This document shows, one piece after another, positions 20,161-28,876 of a stretch of 64,000 nucleotides of DNA. The notes beneath the pieces were generated by a model, which made no database searches, was not told where the DNA came from, and was given only the letters and a program-made list of their open reading frames with translations. The DNA is taken from the NCBI GenBank assembly GCA_025994075.1, contig JAMQGV010000012.1:21948-85947 (forward strand). Reading direction: 5' to 3'. The DNA is from Vicinamibacteria bacterium (GTDB lineage Bacteria; Acidobacteriota; Vicinamibacteria; Fen-336). The translations under genes and the position numbers were made by a program. Every line of letters starts with the position of its first letter. Position 1 is the stretch's first letter.

Positions 20161-20544
20161 CTTCGCCCCCGTCACGAGGGCGCCGCCCGCCTTCTGCCAC
20201 GCCGACAGCCCGCCCTTGAGGGCGACGGCCCGCGGGAACCCCTTCTCGAGCAGAATCCGCGCCGCACGGGCGCTGGTGCCCTCGGAGGGTCAGGTGCAAT
20301 AGGCGGCGATCAGCCTGTTCTTCGGCAGCTCGCCGAGCCGCGCCTCCAGCGCGTCCAGCGGGACGTGGATCGCGCCTTTCGCGTGCTCCGTGGCGAAGGC
20401 CGCGGCGGAGCGCACGTCGAGCAGCACGGCGTCGCCGGCGTCGACCTTGGGCTTCAGTTCTTCGGCGGTCATCCGCGGCGGCTCGGCCGCGAAGGCCGGG
20501 GCGGCGAACATCGCCGCGATCGTCAGCAGGGTCCTCAGGTTCAT
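20161..20544 (-). CDS. Periplasmic single-domain rhodanese (sulfurtransferase) with an in-frame TGA in the catalytic loop (complement of 20290-20292): Sec candidate or pseudogene
   Basis: Signal peptide MNLRTLLTIAAMFAAPAFA. Rhodanese N-half (LLDVRSAAAFATEHAKGAIHVP...NRLIAAYCT) then TGA. The same frame continues into the C-half (PSEGTSARAARILLEKGFPRAVALKGGLSAWQKAGGALVTGAK, stop at 20161). Confidence 0.6.
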
Positions 20545-20593
20545 GCGATCGATCGTACCGCACTAAGATTGAGGCCGCCTGGAGGTCCCGCCC

Positions 20594-21937
20594 TTGTTCT
20601 GCCGCCGCGCCTCGATTGCCCTCGCCCTGGCCGTTCCGGCCCTCGCCGCCACCGCGCTCGAGCCCAGCCCCGCACAGCGCGCCACGGCGCAGCGCCTGCT
20701 GGATGCGGCGCAGGCCGACGTCACGGGCTGGGAGCGCCTGGCCTTCGTCACCGACACCTACGGCGCGCGGCTGTCGGGCACGCCCGCCCTGGAGGCGGCC
20801 TACGCCTGGGCCGCCGCGGAGATGAAGCGCGACGGCCTCGAGAACGTGCGGCTGGAGCCGGTCGCGGTGCCGCGCTGGGTGCGCGGCCACGAGAGCCTGG
20901 AGCTGACGGCGCCGTTCCCCGGCCCGCTCGTCGTGCTCGGCCTCGGCGCCAGCGTCGCGACGCCGCCCGCCGGCATCGAGGCCGAGGTGATGGTCGTGAG
21001 GAGCCGCGAGGAGCTCGACGCCCGCGCGGCCGAGGCCCGCGGCAAGGTCGTGCTGTTCGACGTGCCCTTCACGAACTACGGCGAGACGGTGCGCTACCGC
21101 GGCGCCGGCGCGTCGTGGGCCGCCCAGCACGGCGCGGTGGCGATGCTGCTGCGCTCTGTCGGCCTGCCCGGCCTGCGCACGCCGCACACCGGCCAGCTCC
21201 GCTACGACGACGCGGCGCCGAAGATCCCCGCCGCGGCGATTCCTGTCGAGGACGCGAACCGGCTGGCGCGGATGGTCGCGCGCGGCCAGAAGCCGCGCGT
21301 CCGCCTGAAGATGGAGGCGCGGTACGAGGCGGACGCGCCTTCGGCCAACCTGGTGGCCGAGATCCGCGGCCACGAGAAGCCCGAAGAGGTCGTGGTCGTC
21401 TCCGGCCACTTCGACTCGTGGGACGTCGGCACCGGCGCGATGGACGACGGCGGCGGCAGCGTGACGGCCTGGGAGGCCGTGCGGCTCGTGAAGTCGCTCG
21501 GGCTGCGGCCGCGCCGCACGCTGCGGGTGGTGCTGTTCACCAACGAGGAGAACGGCCTGCGCGGCGGCAACGCCTACCGCGACGCGCACCAGGCGGAGAA
21601 GCACGCGCTGCTGATCGAGTCCGACTCCGGGGTGTTCGCGCCGAAGGGCTTCGGCCTCACCGGGCCCGACGAGTTGCGCGCGCAGGCGCGGGCGATCGCC
21701 TCGCTGCTCTCGCCGATCGGCGCGACCGAGATCGGCGCCAGCGGCGGCGGCGCCGACATCGGGCCCTTCGCGCGGGCCACCGGGGCGCCGACCATGGGCC
21801 TGTCGGTCGACGGCTCGAAGTACTTCCTCTACCACCACACCCCGGCCGACACGCTGGAGGCGCTCGACCCGAAGGAGTTCGCGGCCTGCACGGCGGCGCT
21901 GGCGGTGATGTCGTACCTGGTGGCGGACCTGCCCTGA
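20594..21937 (+). CDS. M28-family zinc aminopeptidase with PA domain, secreted
   Basis: Signal peptide MFCRRASIALALAVPALAA. HFDSWDVGTGAMDDGGG and NEENGLRGG match M28 metal-ligand motifs. Confidence 0.8.
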   Translation: MFCRRASIALALAVPALAATALEPSPAQRATAQRLLDAAQADVTGWERLAFVTDTYGARLSGTPALEAAYAWAAAEMKRDGLENVRLEPVAVPRWVRGHESLELTAPFPGPLVVLGLGASVATPPAGIEAEVMVVRSREELDARAAEARGKVVLFDVPFTNYGETVRYRGAGASWAAQHGAVAMLLRSVGLPGLRTPHTGQLRYDDAAPKIPAAAIPVEDANRLARMVARGQKPRVRLKMEARYEADAPSANLVAEIRGHEKPEEVVVVSGHFDSWDVGTGAMDDGGGSVTAWEAVRLVKSLGLRPRRTLRVVLFTNEENGLRGGNAYRDAHQAEKHALLIESDSGVFAPKGFGLTGPDELRAQARAIASLLSPIGATEIGASGGGADIGPFARATGAPTMGLSVDGSKYFLYHHTPADTLEALDPKEFAACTAALAVMSYLVADLP

Positions 21938-21939
21938 GC

Positions 21940-22866
21940 ATGGGCGCGCCCGCTCCCGAGCCGCACGAGGCCTGCCTCGCGCGCCTCGCCCACGACCACG
22001 CCTGGGGCCACGACGCGGCGAAAAGCGCCGAGCGCCGCACCCGAGGCGTGATCGCGCTGACCCTGGTCACCATGGTCGCCGAGATCGCCGCCGGCCTGTG
22101 GACGGGGTCGCTGGCGCTGCTGGCCGACGGCCTGCACATGGGCTCGCACGTGGCGGCGCTGTCGCTGACGGCCTGGGCCTACGCCTACGCGCGGCGCCAC
22201 GCGCTGGACCGCAGCTTCAGCTTCGGCACCGGCAAGGTCGGCGCTCTGTCCGGCTTCGCGTCGGCGCTGCTGCTCGGGCTGTTCGCGCTGGGGATGGGAG
22301 CGGAAGGCGTGCAGCGGCTGCTGCGGCCCGAGCCGGTCGCGTGGACTGCAGCCCTGGTCGTCGCCGTGGTCGGCCTGGTCGTGAACCTGGTCAGCGCGAT
22401 GATGCTGCACGAGCATCCGCACGAGGGCCACGAGGACCACAACCTGCGCTCGGCGCGCCTGCACGTGCTGGCCGACGCCTTCACCTCCGTGCTGGCGATC
22501 GCCGCGCTGGGCGCGGGCCGCGCCTTCGGCTGGACCTGGCTCGACGCGCTGGCGGGGCTGCTCGGAGCGGTGGTGATCGTGCGCTGGTCGGTCGGCCTGG
22601 TGCGCGACAGCGCGGCGGTGCTGCTCGACCGCTCCGCCCCGGAGCCGGTGTGCGCCCGCATCCGCGAGGCGATCGAGCAGGGCAGCCCCGACCGCGTCGC
22701 CGACCTGCACGTGTGGCGGGTGGCGCCGGACGGCTACGCGGCCGTGATCGCGATCGTGAGCGACGCGCCGCGCACGCCCGACGCCTACCGCGCGCTGCTG
22801 CCCGCGGACCTGGCGTTGCACCACGTCAACGTCGAGATCCACCCCTGCGACCACGGCCGCGCCTGA
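21940..22866 (+). CDS. Cation diffusion facilitator (CzcD/ZitB-like) metal efflux transporter
   Basis: Six-TM CDF core (LADGLHMGSHVAAL...HVLADAFTSV). His-rich N-terminus (HDHAWGHD) and loop (HEHPHEGHEDH). Starts 2 nt after the M28 stop. Confidence 0.8.
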   Translation: MGAPAPEPHEACLARLAHDHAWGHDAAKSAERRTRGVIALTLVTMVAEIAAGLWTGSLALLADGLHMGSHVAALSLTAWAYAYARRHALDRSFSFGTGKVGALSGFASALLLGLFALGMGAEGVQRLLRPEPVAWTAALVVAVVGLVVNLVSAMMLHEHPHEGHEDHNLRSARLHVLADAFTSVLAIAALGAGRAFGWTWLDALAGLLGAVVIVRWSVGLVRDSAAVLLDRSAPEPVCARIREAIEQGSPDRVADLHVWRVAPDGYAAVIAIVSDAPRTPDAYRALLPADLALHHVNVEIHPCDHGRA

Positions 22867-22881
22867 GCGCGGCCCCGGCGC

Positions 22882-24291
22882 CTACGGCTGCTTCGGGAAC
22901 GCGAGTTCCGAGCGCGGGATCACGTGCTCCCAGCGCAAGGCGCCGGTCTTGTCGTGGGCGCGCAGGATCAGCTTGCGCTCGCGGCGCGGGCCCTCGAAGC
23001 GCAGCACGCCGAAGTTGTGCTCGTCGAGCGCGGTGCCCGGCACCCGGTTCGGGTGGTCGTACTCCGGCGTGTTCGGCCGGCGCGGGTAGAGCCCCGCGGT
23101 GAGCGACGACGACGTGTAGTCGTAGAGCGGGTAGCCACCGGCCGGCACCACCTTGAGCAGCTCGGTGCGGTGGATGTCGCCGCTGACGAACACGACGCCC
23201 TCGATCCTCCGCTGCACGATCCAGTCGACCAGCTCCTGGTACTCGGGATAGCCGGCGAACACCTCGAAGCGGTTGAGCGGGTTGAGCGCCTGCGAGCCGA
23301 ACGCGATCACCTTGAACGTGGCGCGCGAGGAGAGCAGCGCCTCCTTCAGCCAGTCGAGCTGGACGCGGCCGAGGTATGCCTTGTCGGGGCCGTCGGGCCA
23401 GCGCTGCGGCCGGCGGTGGTAGCGGCCGTCGGTCAGGTAGAACTCGACGTCGCCCCACGAGTGGCGGGTGAACACGCCGGGCGTGCCGGGCAGGCCGCGC
23501 GAGGGCGCCGGGAAGTAGTCGGCGAACGCCGAGAGCGCCTCGCCTTTCAGCGGGTACGAGGCGTCGGAGTCGTTGGGGCCGTAGTCGTGGTCGTCCCACG
23601 TGCCCCAGTGCTGGGTCGCGCGCAGCAGCGGCTGCAGGGCCGGCAGCCCGCGGGCGTGGCGCCAGCGGTAGCGGATGCCGGCGCGGGTGTTCCAGTCGAC
23701 CTCGCGCAGGTAGATGTTGTCGCCCAGCCAGAGCATCGCCTCCGGCTGCTGCTTCGCCATCGCGTCGAGGATCTCGAAGTCGCTGCCGAAGGGCGTGCCG
23801 GGGCGGTCGTAGGGCGGGTCGTTGACGTAGAAGCAGGAACCCATCATCACGCTGAAGGCCGGCGGGTCGGTCCGCCACTCCCACAGGTCGCGGGTCCGGA
23901 AGGCGAGCGGCTCCGGCGTCTGCAGCGGGGCGCCGTCGACGCTGACCTCGTAGCGGTAGCGAGTGCCGGGCTCGAGGCCGGGGATCGCGAACAGCGCGAT
24001 GTGGTCCCCGGCCGCGCTGGTCTGCAGCCGACGCGCGGCCGGAGCCTTCGGCCGCGCGTCGACCTCGGGCCAGTAGTGCAGCTCGACCCGCGCGTCGCGC
24101 GTCGTCTGCAGCCAGATCGTGGCCTCGCGGTAGTCGAGCGGGCCCAGCATCGGCCCGGAGTGCACGGCCGCGCGAGCCCGCGGCGCCGCATCGGCAGCCC
24201 GCACCGGGGGTTCGACGACGACGGCCAGGGTGATCGCCGCGATCGCCGCCGCCAGCAACGCCACCCTCGACGCCTTCCTGATGTCAGCCAT
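22882..24291 (-). CDS. phoD: PhoD-family alkaline phosphatase/phosphodiesterase
   Basis: 469 aa with PhoD N-terminal fibronectin-like and metallophos domains (...WLGDNIYLREVD...WDDHDYGPND...GDIHRTEL...). N-terminal membrane anchor or signal. Confidence 0.8.
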   Translation of the reverse strand: MADIRKASRVALLAAAIAAITLAVVVEPPVRAADAAPRARAAVHSGPMLGPLDYREATIWLQTTRDARVELHYWPEVDARPKAPAARRLQTSAAGDHIALFAIPGLEPGTRYRYEVSVDGAPLQTPEPLAFRTRDLWEWRTDPPAFSVMMGSCFYVNDPPYDRPGTPFGSDFEILDAMAKQQPEAMLWLGDNIYLREVDWNTRAGIRYRWRHARGLPALQPLLRATQHWGTWDDHDYGPNDSDASYPLKGEALSAFADYFPAPSRGLPGTPGVFTRHSWGDVEFYLTDGRYHRRPQRWPDGPDKAYLGRVQLDWLKEALLSSRATFKVIAFGSQALNPLNRFEVFAGYPEYQELVDWIVQRRIEGVVFVSGDIHRTELLKVVPAGGYPLYDYTSSSLTAGLYPRRPNTPEYDHPNRVPGTALDEHNFGVLRFEGPRRERKLILRAHDKTGALRWEHVIPRSELAFPKQP

Positions 24292-24365
24292 CGGTCGCTC
24301 CTGTCCTTTTGACCTTACACCGGCTCGCTTGACGCGTCGCGCCGGGCGCCGTTACCCTGAATACG

Positions 24366-24662
24366 ATGATCCCGCGTGGAAGGCGCCAGCTCGTCGTCGT
24401 CGCGCTGACGCTGCTCGTCTGCAGCCTGGCGCTCAGCGCGCTGGTGTTCGTGCCCCACGCCGAGGAGACGTGTCCGGCCGGTCTCCACTGCCTCACCTGC
24501 CGGCACGCGCTCGGCGCGACGCCCACGCTGGCGGTCGCCGCACTCGTCCCTGCGCTCTTCACGCCCGTCGTCGCGCCGGCGGTCGAGCCGCCGGCCCGCG
24601 AGATCCGCCGTCCCCACGCCGCGCTCCCTGCGCGCGCGCCGCCCGCTTCCGACCAGGCCTAG
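24366..24662 (+). CDS. Small putative membrane protein with a Cys motif (CPAGLHCLTC); doubtful
   Basis: 98-aa ORF with one TM helix then C-x4-HC-x2-C. Could be a GC-driven artefact. Sits between phoD and the TonB receptor. Confidence 0.2.
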   Translation: MIPRGRRQLVVVALTLLVCSLALSALVFVPHAEETCPAGLHCLTCRHALGATPTLAVAALVPALFTPVVAPAVEPPAREIRRPHAALPARAPPASDQA

Positions 24663-24797
24663 TCGCGTTTTCCTGGTCCGGTGGGCGCCTTCCCAGGCGC
24701 CCGCGGCCCGATCTCGTCGTCGGTTCCGGGTCCCTGTCGCGGTCGGCGGCACCCGGTCGAATCCCTTCGTTCTCGACCGCAGAAGAGCAGACTTCCC

Positions 24798-27158
24798 GTG
24801 GACAACCGTTTCGGCCGCGCGCTCGCGGCCTTCGCCCTGGTCGTCGCCGGTCTCCCCACGCTTGCCGCTGAGCCGGCGCCGGCCCCCGCTGCCGAGAGTG
24901 CGACAGCCGCGGCCACCCGCCCGGCGCCCGGCCGCCTCGTCGGCCGGGTCTCCTCCGCCGACGGCAGCCCGGTCACCGACGCCCGCGTGTCGCTGGTCGA
25001 CCTGCGGCGCTCGACGACGACCGACGCCGACGGCCGCTACGCGTTCGACGCCGTCCCGCCCGGCACCTACCTGCTGGAAGCCGAGAGCCGCCGCTCCGGG
25101 CGCGACCTGCGCCGGGTCGAGATCGCGAGCGGCGCGGAGGCCACCGCCGACCTCACGCTCGACGTCACCACCCACCAGGAGTTCGTGGTCGTCTCCGCGC
25201 AGACCGACCCGCGCGCCGCGTTCGAGCTGGCCGCGCCGGTGACCGTGCTGGGCGACAGCCAGCTCGCGCTGCGCCTGCAGCCGAGCCTCGGCGAGACGGT
25301 CGCCCTGTTGCCCGGCGTGAACTCCACGTACTTCGGGCCCGGTTCCAGCCGGCCCGTGATTCGCGGCCTCGGCGGCGATCGCATCCGCGTCCTCAACTCG
25401 GGGGTCGGCACCGGCGACGCCTCGAACACGAGCCCCGACCACGCGGTGAGCGCGGACCCGCAGAGCGCCGACCAGATCGAGGTCGTGCGCGGGCCCGCGA
25501 CCTTGTTGTACGGCTCGTCCGCGATCGGCGGCGTGGTCAACGTGATCGACTCCCGCATCCCCTACGAGACCGCGGCCAAGCCCGTCTCCGGCACCGTCAC
25601 CGGGCAACTCGGCTCGGCCGCCGACGACCGCTCCGGCGCGCTCGGCCTCAAGGGCGGCGCGGGCCTCTTCGCGTGGCACGCGGACGTCCACAAGCGCCGC
25701 ACCAACGACCTCCAGATCCCGGGCGAAGCGGAGTCGCAGCGCCTGCGCGATCTCGAGGCCGAAGAAGGCGAGGCCCACGAGGACGACGAGGAGGCATTCG
25801 GCACCCTGCCCAACAGCGCGATCGACACCGAAGGCGCCTCGCTCGGCTTCTCGCTCGTCGGGCGTCGCGGCTTCTTCGGCGTCGCCGCGAGCGGGCTCAA
25901 CTCGCTCTACGGCGTTCCCGGCCACGCCCACGAGGCGCACCACGAGGGCGAAGAGCACGAGGAGGACGGAGAGGAGGAGGAGGCGCCGGTCCGGGTCGAC
26001 CTCGAGCAGCGCCGGCTCGACTTCCGCGGCGAGTGGACCGAGCCCTTCGGCGCCTTCCGCGCGGCGCGGCTGCGGGCCGGGTTCGCGGACTACCAGCACC
26101 AGGAGCTGGAAGGCGCCGAGGTCGGCACCCTGTTCGAGAACGACTCGTTCGAGGGCCGCCTCGAGCTGCTGCACAAGCCGATCGGGGCGATGACCGGCTC
26201 GTTCGGCGCGCAGTTCTCGACCCGCGACTTCGCCGCGGTCGGCGCGGAGGCCTTCGCGCCGCCGACCGAGACGACGACCTGGGCGCTGTTCGCCTACGAG
26301 GCCGTGAGCCGCGGCGCGTTTCGCTTCGACTTCGGCGCCCGGCTCGAGGGACAGGACGTCGAGGCCGCCCTCGAGGGCCGCGCCGAGAGCCGATCGTTCA
26401 CGGGTCTCAGCGGCTCGGCCGGGGCGAGCTGGACCCGCGGCGCCTGGGGCGTCGGGCTCTCGCTGGCCCGCTCCGAGAAGCTGCCCAACGCCGAGGAGCT
26501 GTTCTCGAACGGTCCCCACGTCGCGACCCGCGCCTACGAGATCGGCGACCCCGACCTGGGCAAGGAGAAGAGCCTCGGCCTCGACCTCTCGCTGCGTCGC
26601 ATCGAGGGGCCCGTGCACGGCCAGCTCAACGTGTTCGTCAACGACTTCTCCGACTACATCTACGAGGACTTCACCGGCGAGGAGGAGGACGGGCTGGCGG
26701 TCGTCCAGTACCGACAGGCCGACGCCCGCTTCTGGGGTGCGGAGCTCGAGGCCCACGTGGAGCTGCTGCACGCCGAGCCGCGCCACCTCGACCTCGAGCT
26801 CTCCGGCGACTTCGTGCGCGCGGAGCTGACCGGCCCCGGCACGGCGCTGCCGCGCATCCCGCCGATGCGGTTCGGTGCCGGGCTGCACTACCACGACGAC
26901 CGTCTCTCGGCGCTCGTCGAACTGCGCGGCGCCGCGAAGCAGGACCGGATCGCCGCCAACGAGCTGCCGACCGACGGCTACGTCTTCCTGAACGCGTCCG
27001 TGGGCTACCGGCTCTTCGTCGGCGCGACCGTGTGGGACCTGCGCCTGGCGGGCCACAACCTGACCGACGCCGAGGGCCGCAACCACGTCTCGTTCCTGAA
27101 GGACCTGGCGCCGCTGCCGGGCCGCGACGTGCGGCTCTCCGTCCGCATCGCGTTCTAG
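24798..27158 (+). CDS. TonB-dependent outer-membrane receptor with N-terminal carboxypeptidase-regulatory-like domain and a His/Glu-rich extracellular insertion
   Basis: GTG start at 24798 precedes signal peptide RFGRALAAFALVVAGLPTLAA. CarboxypepD_reg-like segment (GRLVGRVSSADGSPVTDARVSLVD...GTYLLEAES), plug domain, and a barrel ending in the C-terminal aromatic LSVRIAF. His-rich stretch GHAHEAHHEGEEHEEDGEEEEAP. Confidence 0.8.
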   Translation: MDNRFGRALAAFALVVAGLPTLAAEPAPAPAAESATAAATRPAPGRLVGRVSSADGSPVTDARVSLVDLRRSTTTDADGRYAFDAVPPGTYLLEAESRRSGRDLRRVEIASGAEATADLTLDVTTHQEFVVVSAQTDPRAAFELAAPVTVLGDSQLALRLQPSLGETVALLPGVNSTYFGPGSSRPVIRGLGGDRIRVLNSGVGTGDASNTSPDHAVSADPQSADQIEVVRGPATLLYGSSAIGGVVNVIDSRIPYETAAKPVSGTVTGQLGSAADDRSGALGLKGGAGLFAWHADVHKRRTNDLQIPGEAESQRLRDLEAEEGEAHEDDEEAFGTLPNSAIDTEGASLGFSLVGRRGFFGVAASGLNSLYGVPGHAHEAHHEGEEHEEDGEEEEAPVRVDLEQRRLDFRGEWTEPFGAFRAARLRAGFADYQHQELEGAEVGTLFENDSFEGRLELLHKPIGAMTGSFGAQFSTRDFAAVGAEAFAPPTETTTWALFAYEAVSRGAFRFDFGARLEGQDVEAALEGRAESRSFTGLSGSAGASWTRGAWGVGLSLARSEKLPNAEELFSNGPHVATRAYEIGDPDLGKEKSLGLDLSLRRIEGPVHGQLNVFVNDFSDYIYEDFTGEEEDGLAVVQYRQADARFWGAELEAHVELLHAEPRHLDLELSGDFVRAELTGPGTALPRIPPMRFGAGLHYHDDRLSALVELRGAAKQDRIAANELPTDGYVFLNASVGYRLFVGATVWDLRLAGHNLTDAEGRNHVSFLKDLAPLPGRDVRLSVRIAF

Positions 27159-27170
27159 TCGGCCGCAGGA

Positions 27171-27199
27171 CCCGGCGCCGCATCGCGCGCGGCGCCGGG
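27171..27199. terminator. Bidirectional hairpin CCCGGCGCCGC-ATCGCGC-GCGGCGCCGGG between the convergent TonB-receptor and bpt genes
   Basis: Perfect 11-bp inverted repeat read from the sequence. No U-tract, as is common in high-GC genomes. Confidence 0.4.
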
Positions 27200-27200
27200 T

Positions 27201-27950
27201 TCACTCCACGGGCTGCCAGCGTCCGGGAGCGACCAGCACCTCGGCGGGGCGGAAGCGGGACTTGTAGTCCATCGTCTCGCTGCCGGGCACCCAGTACCCG
27301 AGGTACACCCACGACCCGCCGCGGCGCCGGCACTCGGCGATCGTCGTCAGCACGTTGAGGGTGCCGAGCGATCGCGGCGCGAGGTCCGGGTCGTAGAAGC
27401 AGTAGACGGCGTTCCAGGCGTCCGGCTCGACGTCCACCACCGACAGCGCGATCAGCCGCCCGTCGAGCCGGAAGCGCAGTTCCAGCGACTCGACCGAGGT
27501 CGCGTACAGGAAGTCGCGGAACTCGTCGAGCGAACCGGTCATGGTGCCGTTGTGGCGCACCGCCAGGTAGCGCTGGTAGAGCGCCAGCTTCTCCTGGTCG
27601 GGATCGAGCGGCCCGACCTCGATCGCCACGTCGGCGTTGCGCGCGAGGCAGCGGCGCTGGGCGCGGGCGGGGCGGAAGGCGCGGGCGTCGACGCGCAGCG
27701 TGCGGCACTCGGCGCAACCCTCGCAGGCGGTCCGGTAGAACACCTCGCCGGTGCGGCGGAAGTTGAGGTCCATCAGCGCGTGGAACACCCCGGGGCCGAG
27801 CGGGGTCGGCACGATGTGCACGTAGCGCGCCTCGCGGCCCGGCAGGTACGGGCACGGGAACGGCGCGGACGCCGAAGGCGGCTGGCGATCGAGCGCGCGG
27901 CTCAGCAGCCGCAGCCGCTCGGCGTGGTCCGCGCCCCAGGCCACGTTCAC
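27201..27950 (-). CDS. bpt: Leucyl/phenylalanyl-tRNA-protein transferase of the ATE family (Bpt, N-end rule)
   Basis: PCPYLPGR, FRRTG, WVYLGYWV motifs. GTG start overlaps the gntR-like stop (GTGA at 27947-27950). Confidence 0.8.
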   Translation of the reverse strand: MNVAWGADHAERLRLLSRALDRQPPSASAPFPCPYLPGREARYVHIVPTPLGPGVFHALMDLNFRRTGEVFYRTACEGCAECRTLRVDARAFRPARAQRRCLARNADVAIEVGPLDPDQEKLALYQRYLAVRHNGTMTGSLDEFRDFLYATSVESLELRFRLDGRLIALSVVDVEPDAWNAVYCFYDPDLAPRSLGTLNVLTTIAECRRRGGSWVYLGYWVPGSETMDYKSRFRPAEVLVAPGRWQPVE

Positions 27951-28876
27951 TCCGGCGCCGGCACCACGACGCCCAGCACGTCCTTCAGCCGGGCCACCGC
28001 GGGGGGCAGCAGCAGCGACACCTCGCAGAGCCGCTTCGGCCGGGCGCGTCGCACGACCGGGGCGGCCAGCGCGTCGGCCAGCACCAGGTCCGCCACGGGT
28101 GCGAGCCGCTTCCAGGCCGTCGCCTGCGCCAGCAGCCGCGGCTCCACCAGAAGCTCGTCGCCGCGCAGGCCGCGGGCCAGCACCGAGGCGTAGGGCAGCA
28201 CGGCCGCGCTGTGGGCGACGGCCAGCACCACCGAGCCGGCGGGCAGGGCCCGGATCGCCTCGTGGGCCGCGTCGCACGGCTCGAGCCGCACGACCTCGAC
28301 TGCCGAGCCGCGGGCCGCGCGACGCACGGCCTCCGCGTACTGCGGCAGGGTCAGCGCCAGGGCGCCTGCCAGCCGGCCCGGCTCGCGCTCGACGTCGGCC
28401 AGCGAGGCCGCCTCCGCGCGCACGTCCAGCGCACGCTGCGCCTCGTGGGCGACCAGCTCCGCGAGGTCGAGCTGGGCGTCGACGACGACCACCCGGTCGG
28501 GCGGCGCGGCGCGCAGCCAGCGCAGCACTGCTCCGCGGATCGCCGCGCCCGAGTAGCCGCGCTCGAACGCGGTCCACAGCGCCTGGCGGATCATCTCGTC
28601 GAGGGCGTCGGCCTCGGCCACGCTGCGCGGCCCCGTGCGCCGGACGTACACACCCGAGCCGGGACGCTGCTCGACGAGGCCCTCGCGGCGCAGGTCGGTG
28701 AAGGCCGCCGACACCGTGTTGGCGTGCAGCTTCAGCCGTCGCGCCAGCGCGCGCACGCTGGGCAGGCGCTGGCCCGGCGCCAGTTCGCCCGACAGGATCT
28801 TCATCTGGAGCTGGCGGGCGAGCTGGGCGCGCACGCTCAGCCCGCCCTTGCGCGACGTCATGCGGACGAGGTCCAT
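27947..28876 (-). CDS. GntR-family transcriptional regulator
   Basis: The start chosen is MDLVRMTSRKGGLSVRAQLARQLQMKILSGELAPGQRLPSVRALARRLKLHANTVSAAFTDLRREGLVE (winged HTH) plus a C-terminal effector domain. Divergent from the DprE1-like operon. Confidence 0.8.
   Translation of the reverse strand: MDLVRMTSRKGGLSVRAQLARQLQMKILSGELAPGQRLPSVRALARRLKLHANTVSAAFTDLRREGLVEQRPGSGVYVRRTGPRSVAEADALDEMIRQALWTAFERGYSGAAIRGAVLRWLRAAPPDRVVVVDAQLDLAELVAHEAQRALDVRAEAASLADVEREPGRLAGALALTLPQYAEAVRRAARGSAVEVVRLEPCDAAHEAIRALPAGSVVLAVAHSAAVLPYASVLARGLRGDELLVEPRLLAQATAWKRLAPVADLVLADALAAPVVRRARPKRLCEVSLLLPPAVARLKDVLGVVVPAPE

Noticed and set aside
24681-24797. ATG at 24681 as start of the TonB-dependent receptor
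   Set aside because: The predicted signal peptide (RFGRALAAFALVVAGLPTLAA) begins only after the GTG at 24798. The upstream 39 codons are Pro/Arg/Ser-rich with no signal.
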